A stretch of DNA of 64,000 nucleotides, from the NCBI GenBank assembly GCA_044440125.1, contig JBITAJ010000015.1, forward strand, positions 1 through 64,000, written 5' to 3'. The position numbers and the translations under genes were made by a program. Positions 9,458-19,199 of the stretch are shown here, piece by piece. Position 1 is the stretch's first letter; every line of letters begins with the position of its first letter. Source of the DNA: Sedimentisphaeraceae bacterium JB056. GTDB lineage: Bacteria > Planctomycetota > Phycisphaerae > Sedimentisphaerales > Sedimentisphaeraceae. The notes beneath the pieces were generated by a model, which did not search any database, was not told the DNA's origin, and worked only from the letters and a program-made list of their open reading frames with translations.

Positions 9458-12400
9458 ATGGATATTAAGAACTGTATTTATTTGTTTGTATTGACTTTTA
9501 CTTTTTTCGCTCAGGCGTTTACTGCGGGTGATGGCACGCCGGAAAACCCATACCAAATTTCAACTCCCCAGGATTTAGAAGCAGTAAACAACGACCTCAC
9601 CGCAAGCTACATACTAATAAATGATATAGACCTTGCTGGTAAAATCTATGCTGATGCGGTTATAGGGGCTGTAGCTGACATGGCTGATGAGACTAAGATG
9701 TTTATGGGAAATTTCAATGGTAATGGTTACGAGATTCTTAATCTTACCATTGATGCCGCGCAGAAATCAATTGTAGGTTTTTTCGGTTATGTCAGGGATG
9801 CAGACGTTCGTAACTTGAAACTGGTAGATGTTGATATTACAGGGCTTGATTTTGTAGGTGCAGTCGCAGGTAGGTTCAGGGGACATATTTACAATTCTTA
9901 TGCTTCTGGTGAAGTTGCAGGAGTAAATTATGTTGGTGGATTTTCCAGTCATGTTTCTTTGGCAGATAACTGTCAATCAGATGTTGATGTTACGGGAAAT
10001 GATTTTGTAGGTGGTTTTGTTGGACGGAATAACGGTACGGTTTGCCGAAATATCTATTCTACAGGACAAGTTAGCGGTAATGACTATGTTGGCGGCATAG
10101 CAGGTGTTTATGATGGGTATTTGATAGATTCGTATTCTATTTCTCCTGTGACCGGTGTCAGTAATGTTGGCGGTTTATCTGGGGAATCTCGATATTTGGA
10201 TGATATAGAAGGTTGTTTTTGGGATATAGAATCAAGTGGTATATCGGTCAGTTTCGGTGGCGAAGGGAAAACAACTGCTCAAATGAAAGATATTCAGACT
10301 TATCTGGATGCAGGGTGGCCTTTTGTTGGTGAGTCTAAAATAGAATGGGCTGATTGGTATATGCCTGAAAATGGCTATCCCAAACTAAGCTGGCAGGCAT
10401 TTTCTGGCGGTAACGGAACTGAGGAATGTCCATTTTTGATCCCTAATAAAGCAGCCTTCCTATTGGCGACATCGAATCTTTCAGCCCATTATAAGATGAT
10501 TGCGAATGTTGATCTTGCCGGTGAAACTTTTACCGAAGCACTTTTTGCTCCTGATGTATACCCTGCCAGTGGTTATACAGGCGAGCATTTTACCGGAGTT
10601 TTTGATGGCAACGGTTATTCAGTTAAAAATCTAAGAATTGATGCCAGTTCAGAAGTTAAAGACGACTATATAGGCTTGTTTGGTTATATTGCTGAGCAAG
10701 GTCAAGTACAAGACTTAATTTTAGAGAAACTCTCTATAAAAGGCGCCAGGAATTGTGGGGGCTTGGCTGGAACTAATGATGGGATTATTAAAGGGTGCGT
10801 TATTTCCGGGACGGTGAATTGTTCCGGTCAACTAACAGGCGGCTTAGCTGGTGTTAATTACGGCCTAATATCTGATTGTGAATTTACAGGAGAAGTTAAT
10901 GCTTTTGCCGTATTTGGTGGGTTGGTTGGAGAAAATAACCAGCAGATAAGTGGCTGTTCAGCTTCCGGGTTTGTAGGCAGGCGAAATATTACTTCTTCAT
11001 ACAGCGTAGGCGGCTTAGCCGGAACCAATGAGGGCAGTATCTCAGAAAGCCACTTTATTGGAAATGTCAAAGGTAAACAAGATGTTGGCGGTTTGATTGG
11101 TATTAATTATAGCGAAGTTCAAGACTCTTATTCGGAAGGAGAAGTTGAAGGTACTCAGTATAATACGGGCGGTTTATTAGGTAGCAACTACTTAGGGAGT
11201 GTTTCTAATTGTTATTATAATGGCTTGGTAATTGGGAATTACAGTGATTATTACAATCATTATTACTGGAATACCGGAGGGCTAATTGGCGAAAATATTT
11301 CTGGAGAGATATTTAACTGTTTTTCTATAGTTGATGTCCAGAGCATAGGGGAAAATGTTGGTGGTTTAATTGGTTCTGATGATGGCGGAAATATTATAGA
11401 ATGTTATTCGGAAGGAAAAGTAACGGGGACTGATAAACCGATAGGCGGCTTAATCGGAGATGCTGATAAGAGTAATCTATCATCGTGTAATACGATCAGT
11501 ACTGTCAATGGTGTACGCAGTGTAGGCGGCCTAATTGGAAGCTCTTACGAATGTATTATAGACAGTTGCTATTCTATAGTAGCAGCAGAAGGTGAAAGTT
11601 ATGTCGGCGGACTGATCGGATTGAGCAAATATGGGAGTTTGAGTGAATGTTATTCACACGGGTCTGTTACTGTTTTGAGTGATATAGGAGGAGGTTTGGT
11701 TGGCGATAACAGTGCGAGCATGACTAAATGTTTTTCAACATGTGATGTCAATGGCGGAGAGGTACTTGGCGGTCTAATAGGTACTGGTGGAGGCTTGATA
11801 TTGCAGTGCTATTCTAAAGGTGATATTGTTGGAAATTCTCGCTGCGGAGGTATGGTTGGTTCGGGCGGGGGGACTGTCAGGGATTGTTACTCGACAAGTT
11901 CTGTAACAGTATTATCCAGTCAAAGTACTGCAGGAGGTTTATTGGGAGAATTACGTAATAGTGAAGTTTATAATAGTTTTGCGGCCGGAAATATTACGGC
12001 ATCTCAGGATAGTGCTGTCGGCGGCTTGGTTGGATATTCGTATTATGGTTTCATGACAAATTGTTTCTGGGATATCGATACTACCGGATTGAGTGTAAGT
12101 GTGGTTGGAGAAGGAAAGTCGACTGCTCAGATGCAGTCGCTTGCTACTTTTCTCGATGCAGGTTGGGATTTTGTAGGTGAAGAGACTAATGGAGTTGAAG
12201 ATATTTGGAAAATGCCCCAGAGCGGGTATCCAATGTTGGCATGGCAAGAGATTTATGAGGTTGTGTTTGATGCAGGAGAACATGGTGAAATTATAGGAGG
12301 GGAAGCTGTTCAGTTTATAGAATGGGGCTACTCAGCCTTATCTCCTGTTGTGGAGGGTAATGACGGTTTTGAGTTTTTAGGCTGGGACATGACCTTCCAC

Positions 12401-14032
12401 AACGTGAGATCTGACTTGGCGATTACTGCAAAGTACAAAGAGGTTATGCGTGGGGACGGCACTTCTGATTACCCTTACCAGATTGAAACCGTTGAGGATC
12501 TCGAAAGTGTTAACAATGATCTGACGGCCCATTATGTACTGCTCAATAGTCTTGACTTACAGGATAAAATTTATGCCAAAGCAGTGGTCGCTCCTTATGG
12601 ATGGAGTTATCAAGGCGGAAAATTTACAGGTGTTTTTGATGGAAACGGTTTTGAGATTTCTAATTTTAATATTAATGGAGGGGATTCAGGAAGATATTTA
12701 GGGCTTTTTGGTGTGAGCGACCATGCTGAAATTAAAAATATACATTTAAGAGATTGCAGTGTAAGTGGTTTAAGTTATGTTGGTGGACTAATAGGCCAAA
12801 GTACGTACGATACAGTTTCTAACTGCTCTGTATCAGGCAGTGTCATCGGTTCTTTTGAATATACGGGGGGATTGATCGGATACAGTTATTATTCTGACGG
12901 AATTTTTAATTGTCGCTCAGAATGTTCAGTTACCGGTGGTAATTATGTTGGTGGTCTCATTGGATATCATTACTTTTCCAGAGGTATATTCAATAGTTAC
13001 GCAAAATCATTTGTTACGGGGAATAATTATGTTGGCGGCTTAGTTGGCAGAAATTATGACGGTGATATAAATAGCTGTTATTCCACTGGTGAAGTTATCG
13101 GTGATAGCAATATAGGAGGTTTGTTAGGATGGAGTTACGGTGATGTTCAAAACAGTTTTTGGGATAAGGAATCCAGTGGTATTAATTTAAGTGATGGAGG
13201 GATTGGCAAGACCATTTCCCAGATGCATAGTATCTATACTTATATGGATTTTGGCTGGGATTTTGTTGGTGAAGTTCATAATGGTTTGATGGAGGTTTGG
13301 TATATGCTTGAGGGTGATTATCCACGGCTTTACTGGGAGGCTGATAAGGGGGATGTTAATTATGACGGTTTTGTTGATGAGCTTGATTTGAGTGTAATTA
13401 TCTCGCAGTGGCTGAGCTCTGCCGCAGAGCAGCAGCGGCTTGTGGCTGATATAGATGAGAGCGGCGAGGTGGATAATACGGACTTTGCTCTGTTTGCAGC
13501 GTTTTGTGAGATCAGTGCCAGTCTTGAAATTGAATTGGTTGCCGGAAGCAACTGGGTTTCTTTCAATGTACTTCCTGAACCGGCAGCGTTGGAGGATGTT
13601 CTGGATGGTTATCTGCCTTACGCCTCTGATGGCGACAAGGTGGATTCGGCAGAAGGACTCAGTGTTACTTACTACCAAGGTAGTTGGTATGGTACGCTGG
13701 AAACTTTGGAGCCGGGCAAAATGTACAAAATACAGAGCCAGCAGGGCGGGAGCTTTATTGTTAAAGGCCGCTATGCCGATATAGATACGCAGATTGAACT
13801 GGTGTCAGGGTGGAACTGGCTTGGATTTGTGCCGTCTGAACCAATGGGCTTAGAGCAGGCTTTGAGCGCGCTCGAGTTTAACGATAATGATCAAATTATT
13901 TCACAAAATGGGCTTAATGCAACTTATTGGGATGGAAGCTGGTTTGGAAACCTTGAGCAGCTTGAACCGGGAGCTGGATACCTGCTTTATGTTGCCCAGC
14001 CGCAGACATTCTCTTATGGAGAGCAGCAATAG
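9458..14032 (+). CDS. Large secreted multi-module GLUG-repeat protein (three GLUG modules, InlB B-repeat-like insert, dockerin-like domain, duplicated C-terminal domain)
   Basis: Start set at MDIKN; three G.GT...P[YF].I modules; YEVVFDAGEHG..FLGWD..ITAKY insert; dockerin-like motifs; two L..G[SW]NW..F..P repeats at the C-terminus. Confidence 0.85.
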   Translation: MDIKNCIYLFVLTFTFFAQAFTAGDGTPENPYQISTPQDLEAVNNDLTASYILINDIDLAGKIYADAVIGAVADMADETKMFMGNFNGNGYEILNLTIDAAQKSIVGFFGYVRDADVRNLKLVDVDITGLDFVGAVAGRFRGHIYNSYASGEVAGVNYVGGFSSHVSLADNCQSDVDVTGNDFVGGFVGRNNGTVCRNIYSTGQVSGNDYVGGIAGVYDGYLIDSYSISPVTGVSNVGGLSGESRYLDDIEGCFWDIESSGISVSFGGEGKTTAQMKDIQTYLDAGWPFVGESKIEWADWYMPENGYPKLSWQAFSGGNGTEECPFLIPNKAAFLLATSNLSAHYKMIANVDLAGETFTEALFAPDVYPASGYTGEHFTGVFDGNGYSVKNLRIDASSEVKDDYIGLFGYIAEQGQVQDLILEKLSIKGARNCGGLAGTNDGIIKGCVISGTVNCSGQLTGGLAGVNYGLISDCEFTGEVNAFAVFGGLVGENNQQISGCSASGFVGRRNITSSYSVGGLAGTNEGSISESHFIGNVKGKQDVGGLIGINYSEVQDSYSEGEVEGTQYNTGGLLGSNYLGSVSNCYYNGLVIGNYSDYYNHYYWNTGGLIGENISGEIFNCFSIVDVQSIGENVGGLIGSDDGGNIIECYSEGKVTGTDKPIGGLIGDADKSNLSSCNTISTVNGVRSVGGLIGSSYECIIDSCYSIVAAEGESYVGGLIGLSKYGSLSECYSHGSVTVLSDIGGGLVGDNSASMTKCFSTCDVNGGEVLGGLIGTGGGLILQCYSKGDIVGNSRCGGMVGSGGGTVRDCYSTSSVTVLSSQSTAGGLLGELRNSEVYNSFAAGNITASQDSAVGGLVGYSYYGFMTNCFWDIDTTGLSVSVVGEGKSTAQMQSLATFLDAGWDFVGEETNGVEDIWKMPQSGYPMLAWQEIYEVVFDAGEHGEIIGGEAVQFIEWGYSALSPVVEGNDGFEFLGWDMTFHNVRSDLAITAKYKEVMRGDGTSDYPYQIETVEDLESVNNDLTAHYVLLNSLDLQDKIYAKAVVAPYGWSYQGGKFTGVFDGNGFEISNFNINGGDSGRYLGLFGVSDHAEIKNIHLRDCSVSGLSYVGGLIGQSTYDTVSNCSVSGSVIGSFEYTGGLIGYSYYSDGIFNCRSECSVTGGNYVGGLIGYHYFSRGIFNSYAKSFVTGNNYVGGLVGRNYDGDINSCYSTGEVIGDSNIGGLLGWSYGDVQNSFWDKESSGINLSDGGIGKTISQMHSIYTYMDFGWDFVGEVHNGLMEVWYMLEGDYPRLYWEADKGDVNYDGFVDELDLSVIISQWLSSAAEQQRLVADIDESGEVDNTDFALFAAFCEISASLEIELVAGSNWVSFNVLPEPAALEDVLDGYLPYASDGDKVDSAEGLSVTYYQGSWYGTLETLEPGKMYKIQSQQGGSFIVKGRYADIDTQIELVSGWNWLGFVPSEPMGLEQALSALEFNDNDQIISQNGLNATYWDGSWFGNLEQLEPGAGYLLYVAQPQTFSYGEQQ

Positions 14033-14280
14033 GCATTGAGTGAGAAATTGTTAGTCTGTAAGATGTTTTTTTCGTATTGATGATTTTTTTTCAAGCCGTT
14101 GTTGCGGATTGTTGAAAATATTTCTGTACGGCTGTTTCTTTCGTTTTGTATATTCCTGGCGGACTAAGCGGTTCTTGCTTTACAGTGGTGATGTTGGTAG
14201 AATAAAGCAGTAGTCAGTGAATAATTAGGCTTTAGTCCTCAGACTTCAGATGTTTAGGTGTTTGCTGATGCTGGTAAAAA

Positions 14281-14310
14281 AGTTCGCAGTTCGCAGCGAG
14301 TAGCGAGTAG
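14281..14310 (+). repeat. 7-nt-periodic AG arm
   Basis: AGTTCGC AGTTCGC AGCGAGT AGCGAGT AG; nearly the same as 47911-47940. Confidence 0.8.
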
Positions 14311-14356
14311 AGAATATGGCTATCGCAACAAGTAACTTTAATTATCGGCGTAAGCC

Positions 14357-14422
14357 GATAACTGATAACTGATAACTGATAACTGATAACTGATAACTGA
14401 TAACTGATAACTGATAACTGAT
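14357..14422 (+). repeat. Perfect heptamer tandem repeat (GATAACT)9 plus GAT
   Basis: Nine exact copies, ending 3 nt before the xerC ATG. Confidence 0.98.
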
Positions 14423-14425
14423 CCC

Positions 14426-15349
14426 ATGAGTGATGATGAACTGATTGACAAGTATGTCGACCATATAAAGCTTAACAAGAATTATTCAGAGCATACGTTG
14501 AATGCTTATGCATGCGATCTGCGGGATTTCTGCGGCTATCTTACAGACCGCCGCAGGGGCATGCCGCTTCTGGATGTCAGTTGCGAGGTCGTGCGCGGTT
14601 ATCTTGCATACTTGCACAGCAAAGGAATCGGCCGCAAAAGTTCGGCAAGAAAGATATCAAGCCTTAGGAGTTTCTATAAATTCCTCGTCAGTCGCGGAAT
14701 GCTTGACGCAAGTCCGATAGTTGGTATTAGATTCCCCAAACGTGAGAGAAAATTACCCGTCTTTCTGGATATGCCGGATATAGAAAAGCTCTTTTCTGCT
14801 CCGCCAAATGACACATGGCTTGGTCTTCGTGACAGGGCAATAATGGAAGTTATATACGGCGGCGGGCTACGAGTCAGCGAAGTTGTCGGACTTAACATTG
14901 ATGATATAGATTTTTCATCTGGTGTTGCGAGAGTGCGAGGTAAGGGACGTAAAGAACGTCTTTCACCGCTTGGCGATTGTGCTGTGGAAGCCATCAACAG
15001 CTATCGTGATAAACTTCAGTCGCATTCCAACGCAGAAGGCTTTGAATATGACAAAGTGCCGCTTTTTGTTAATGTTCGCGGCACAAGACTCAGTGCAAGA
15101 AGCATCAGACGCAAGCTTGACAAATATCTGATAGAAGCAGGCATGGATATTACTATAACCCCCCATACGCTCAGGCATACATTTGCTACTCATATCCTTA
15201 ATAACGGAGCCGACTTACGAAGCGTACAGGAACTTCTTGGTCACAAATCTATTGCCGCCACGCAAGTCTATACACACCTTACAACAAAGCGGCTCAAAGA
15301 GGTCTACGATAAGGCTCATCCACTGCAAAAGAGTAGTAAAGAGAAGTAA
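14426..15349 (+). CDS. xerC: Tyrosine recombinase XerC
   Basis: N-terminal YSEHTLNAYACDL; catalytic residues in GLRVSE, GKGRKER, HTLRH, LLGH, TQVYTH; C-terminal LKEVYDKAHP. Confidence 0.88.
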   Translation: MSDDELIDKYVDHIKLNKNYSEHTLNAYACDLRDFCGYLTDRRRGMPLLDVSCEVVRGYLAYLHSKGIGRKSSARKISSLRSFYKFLVSRGMLDASPIVGIRFPKRERKLPVFLDMPDIEKLFSAPPNDTWLGLRDRAIMEVIYGGGLRVSEVVGLNIDDIDFSSGVARVRGKGRKERLSPLGDCAVEAINSYRDKLQSHSNAEGFEYDKVPLFVNVRGTRLSARSIRRKLDKYLIEAGMDITITPHTLRHTFATHILNNGADLRSVQELLGHKSIAATQVYTHLTTKRLKEVYDKAHPLQKSSKEK

Positions 15350-15499
15350 TAACCACTGCACAACAAACTTTTTTGTTGTGATTAAGCTCCAGTTCGGTAA
15401 AATACGGTGTTGAAAATCTGATATTTGTTGTTAGTATATCTGGTTTGGAATTTTTGAGGTTCGCCCGTTTTATGCCGGCGGCTGTAAAAAGGATAGAAT

Positions 15500-15955
15500 A
15501 TGAACGATAACAAAGGCCAAAAGCCTACAATATTAATAGTGGACGATAATATACCGAATCTTGAGCTTTTACAGGCTTATCTTGAAGATACAGACTGTCA
15601 TCTTGAGCAGGCCGAGGATGGCTATAAGGCGCTTGAAATGATAGAGGCTAATAAGCCTGATCTGCTTATACTTGATGTAATGATGCCTAAGATAAGCGGA
15701 TTTGAAATATGTAAAAGGCTCAAAAATGATCCTAAAACAGCAGATATGCCGATAATAATGGTCACTGCACTTTCTGAGATGGGTGATATTGAGAGGGCTA
15801 TCGATTGCGGAACGGATGATTTTTTAAGTAAACCGGTTAACAGGATAGAACTTCTTACCAGGGTTAAGACGATGCTTCGTATAAAGGATCTCTCTGATAA
15901 GTTGGAAAGAAGTCTTGAATATATAAGTCAGATAGAAGCAAAGCTTGAACGTTAA
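15500..15955 (+). CDS. Single-domain response regulator with short coiled-coil tail
   Basis: ILIVDD, LDVMMP, IIMVTA, DDFLSKP. Confidence 0.92.
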   Translation: MNDNKGQKPTILIVDDNIPNLELLQAYLEDTDCHLEQAEDGYKALEMIEANKPDLLILDVMMPKISGFEICKRLKNDPKTADMPIIMVTALSEMGDIERAIDCGTDDFLSKPVNRIELLTRVKTMLRIKDLSDKLERSLEYISQIEAKLER

Positions 15956-16083
15956 TTTGATTTCAATAGCTTGATCACATCCCCAAAAGTGCTATTTGAT
16001 GGAATAGTTCGTCTAAAAGGCGTTTATAGCGTGTTTTTTACGGGCAAAAGAGAACAAATATATTCAGCAGGAGTAAACAAAAT

Positions 16084-17184
16084 ATGGCTCAATTAAAATT
16101 GAGAGCAGAAAAAGAATGTAAGTACGACATAGTATCCCTTGGCGAGATAATGGTAAGGCTTGATCCGGGAGAGGGCCGAATCCATACAAGTAGAACTTTT
16201 CAGGCTTGGGAAGGCGGCGGTGAATATAACGTTGCCCGTGGACTCAAGCGATGCTTTGGTAAGCGTGCGGCAGTTGTAACTTCAATTGTGGATAATCCAA
16301 TCGGAAGACTGCTTGAAGACCTTATATATCAGGGCGGCGTCAGTATGGATTACGTCAAGTGGGTTCCTTATGATGGAATTGGACGTAAGGTTCGTCAGGG
16401 TCTCAATTTTACCGAACGCGGATATGGTGTTCGCGCAGCTGTCGGATGTTCTGACAGGGGGCATACGGCTGTTTCACAACTTAAAAAAGGCGACATTGAC
16501 TGGGATAAGATCTTTGGTGAAGATGGCGCAAGATGGTTCCACACTGGCGGAATATTTGCCGCTCTCTCAGAGACAACACCTGACGTTATCATTGAGGCGG
16601 TTCAGGCTGCTCAGAAACATGGAACTATTGTTTCCTACGATCTTAACTACCGCAATTCTCTATGGAAAGACATTGGCGGCCAGGATAAGGCTATGGAAGT
16701 CAACAGGGCGATAGCTCCATATGTTGATGTTATGATTGGAAATGAAGAGGATTTCAGTGCGGCTCTTGGATTTGAGGTTGAAGGCCTTGATGAAGGATGT
16801 TCAAAGCTTGATCCTGCTAATTTCAAGAAGATGATAGAAAAAGCGGTCTCTGAATTCCCGAATTTCAAAGTTGTAGCGACTACTCTGCGTAATGCAACCA
16901 CTGCGACTTTCAATGATTGGGGAGCAGTTGTATGGTACGATGGTACAGCTTATGATGCCACACTTAGACCTCAGCTTGAAATACTCGACCGTGTAGGCGG
17001 TGGAGACAGCTTTGCATCAGGCCTGATATACGGCTTTATGGAAGGCAAAGGAGCTCAGGATGCAGTCAATTATGGTGCGGCTCACGGCGCATTGGCAATG
17101 ACTACACCAGGTGATACAACAATGGCCAGCCTCAATGAGGTTGAAAAGGTAGTGGCCGGCGGAACCGCCCGAGTCGACAGGTAA
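16084..17184 (+). CDS. kdgK: PfkB-family sugar kinase, likely 2-keto-3-deoxygluconate kinase
   Basis: GGGEYNVARGL, FHTGGI, SYDLNYR, NEED, DRVGGGDSFASG. Confidence 0.8.
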   Translation: MAQLKLRAEKECKYDIVSLGEIMVRLDPGEGRIHTSRTFQAWEGGGEYNVARGLKRCFGKRAAVVTSIVDNPIGRLLEDLIYQGGVSMDYVKWVPYDGIGRKVRQGLNFTERGYGVRAAVGCSDRGHTAVSQLKKGDIDWDKIFGEDGARWFHTGGIFAALSETTPDVIIEAVQAAQKHGTIVSYDLNYRNSLWKDIGGQDKAMEVNRAIAPYVDVMIGNEEDFSAALGFEVEGLDEGCSKLDPANFKKMIEKAVSEFPNFKVVATTLRNATTATFNDWGAVVWYDGTAYDATLRPQLEILDRVGGGDSFASGLIYGFMEGKGAQDAVNYGAAHGALAMTTPGDTTMASLNEVEKVVAGGTARVDR

Positions 17185-17191
17185 AGATATC

Positions 17192-17225
17192 AACAGGGCT
17201 GTAAATTAAGTTACAGCCCTGTTTT
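17192..17225 (+). terminator. Intrinsic terminator after kdgK
   Basis: AACAGGGCTGTAA / TTACAGCCCTGTT followed by TT. Confidence 0.8.
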
Positions 17226-17274
17226 ACATATAATCTGAATTAAGTGTAAATTTAACAGTTTTTTAAACAGTTAT

Positions 17275-17302
17275 TTGACGAATAAAGCGCTGTTGCTATA
17301 AT
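17275..17302 (+). promoter_or_regulatory. Sigma70-type promoter of the pil operon
   Basis: TTGACG-16-TATAAT with extended -10 TG. Confidence 0.6.
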
Positions 17303-17420
17303 TGTGACTTTATTTGGATTACAGGCTTTCATCGGGGTCTGGTAAAACTTAAGTAAATTAAGGGCCGATGAATAAATTTACGCATATTTTTAATTGCATA
17401 ATTAAGGCAGAAATTTATAA

Positions 17421-19133
17421 ATGGCAGCAAAACGCAGACGTATCGGCGAAATACTTTACAAAAGAGGACAGGCACAAAAACTTGAATTGGCCAAAGCCGT
17501 AAGGACGGCGCAGAAAACAGGGCGTCCTACAGGTGAAGTGCTTGTTGAGATGGGGGTTGTAACAGAGGACATGGTGGCATCTGCTCTTGCTAAGCAGTTT
17601 GGCATGGGATATGTTAATCTTGACGAAGTTAAGATAACGGACCATATCGAAAACCTCATTCCTAAGGATATCATTAAAAAGCATCGTGTATTGCCGATGA
17701 GTGAGGAAAACGGCTGTATTCAGCTGATCATCACGGATCCTCGCGATCTTGATACCATCGACCTGGTTCGATTCAGGGTTAACAAAGAGATAGAATGTTT
17801 CCTTGCCGCTCCTACGAAGGTTAGGAACTATATTGATAAAGCTACTGATGAAGTTCGAAGCAGTATTGACCAGACGACAGAAGAGCTTGCTGCGGAAGGT
17901 CACGCTCTTGAAGAAGAGTTGCTCAAGGCCGCTGAAGGCGAGATGGTTGATGATGGACCAGTTATTAAGCTTGCCAATCTTATCATTGACGAGGCTGTTA
18001 ATATGGGTGCATCGGATATCCATATTGAAGCTATGTCTGATATCGTTCGTGTCAGATATCGTATTGACGGTGTTTGTATGGAACGTAACAGTATTCCGAA
18101 GGCAATGCAGCAGCCGCTTGTCGCACGTTTTAAGATTCTTTCGAATATGGATATCGCCGAGAGAAGAATTCCACAGGATGGTCGTATAAAGCGAAAAATC
18201 AAAGGCGTTGATATCGATTTCCGTGTTTCTTGTCTGCCGGGTTATCATGGTCCGAGTCTCGTATTGCGTGTTTTGAGACCTGATAATGTTAATATTGGTA
18301 TTCAGGCTCTTGGTTTTGATGATGAGCTTTATGCCATGTTCAACAAGATCATCAAAAGACCAAACGGTATTTTCCTTGTAACGGGTCCAACTGGTAGTGG
18401 TAAGACGACGACTCTTTATTCTGCTCTCCAGGAGCTTAATAGACCTGATAAGAAGATTATTACTGTTGAGGATCCGGTGGAGTATATGGTGCCGGGTATA
18501 AATCAGTGTCAGGTTAATCATGAAATTAACCTCAGCTTCTCAAGGGTACTGAGATCTATGCTTCGTCAGGCCCCAAATATCATACTTGTGGGTGAAATTC
18601 GAGACGGTGAAGTGGCGGATATTGCTATTCAGGCTGCACTTACCGGTCACCTTGTTTTCAGTACTTTGCACACCAATGATGCCCCCAGTGCGGTGGCACG
18701 TTTGATTGATATGGGTGTTAAGCCCTTCCTTGTTGCCAGTTCAGTTCAGGCTATTATGGCACAGCGTCTTGTCAGAAAAATCTGTCAGGAATGCAAGCAG
18801 GTTGATGAAAAACCTGAAAGTAAGTTCCTAAGAGCTCTTGGCTTGAAGAAAAAGGATCTTGAAGGCAAGCAGGTGTTCAAAGGAGCGGGCTGCAGCCGTT
18901 GTAACGGTACCGGATATAAAGGCCGAATGGCTATTTTTGAGCTTCTTGAGATGAATACTGAGCTTCGTGAGTTGGCTTTTGCCTGTGCACCGACTCAGGA
19001 ACTTCGTAAGGCGGCTCTTTCAAGCGGTATGAGGGCACTTGTGGAGGACGGCATCAATAAGATATTTGCCGGACATACTACACCTGAGGAAGTTGCAAGA
19101 GTTGCACAGTCCGAAGAGATCATACTTGAATAA
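17421..19133 (+). CDS. pilB: Type IV pilus/T2SS assembly ATPase (PilB/GspE)
   Basis: N-terminal RIGEIL..TGEVLV (MshEN-like); ASDIHIE, GPTGSGKTTTLY, TVEDPVE, LRQAPNIILVGEIRD, TLHTND; tetra-Cys motif. Confidence 0.9.
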   Translation: MAAKRRRIGEILYKRGQAQKLELAKAVRTAQKTGRPTGEVLVEMGVVTEDMVASALAKQFGMGYVNLDEVKITDHIENLIPKDIIKKHRVLPMSEENGCIQLIITDPRDLDTIDLVRFRVNKEIECFLAAPTKVRNYIDKATDEVRSSIDQTTEELAAEGHALEEELLKAAEGEMVDDGPVIKLANLIIDEAVNMGASDIHIEAMSDIVRVRYRIDGVCMERNSIPKAMQQPLVARFKILSNMDIAERRIPQDGRIKRKIKGVDIDFRVSCLPGYHGPSLVLRVLRPDNVNIGIQALGFDDELYAMFNKIIKRPNGIFLVTGPTGSGKTTTLYSALQELNRPDKKIITVEDPVEYMVPGINQCQVNHEINLSFSRVLRSMLRQAPNIILVGEIRDGEVADIAIQAALTGHLVFSTLHTNDAPSAVARLIDMGVKPFLVASSVQAIMAQRLVRKICQECKQVDEKPESKFLRALGLKKKDLEGKQVFKGAGCSRCNGTGYKGRMAIFELLEMNTELRELAFACAPTQELRKAALSSGMRALVEDGINKIFAGHTTPEEVARVAQSEEIILE

Positions 19134-19199
19134 TCTGAGTATTATAAGATACAATCTTTTATAACATATTTCTATTAAGATATATCAGGAATTATATCA

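Noticed and set aside
14357..14422. CRISPR array
   Set aside because: The repeats are contiguous 7-nt units without spacers, and there are no cas genes.
14426..15349. Phage or island integrase, or a shufflon invertase acting on the GLUG genes
   Set aside because: The sequence looks like chromosomal XerC, no phage genes or att/tRNA site are present, and the shared GLUG boxes are direct rather than inverted repeats.
17415..18521. 368-aa antisense ORF and the many other short overlapping ORFs in the track
   Set aside because: They are shadows of well-supported genes on the opposite strand or in other frames, with no motifs or RBS.
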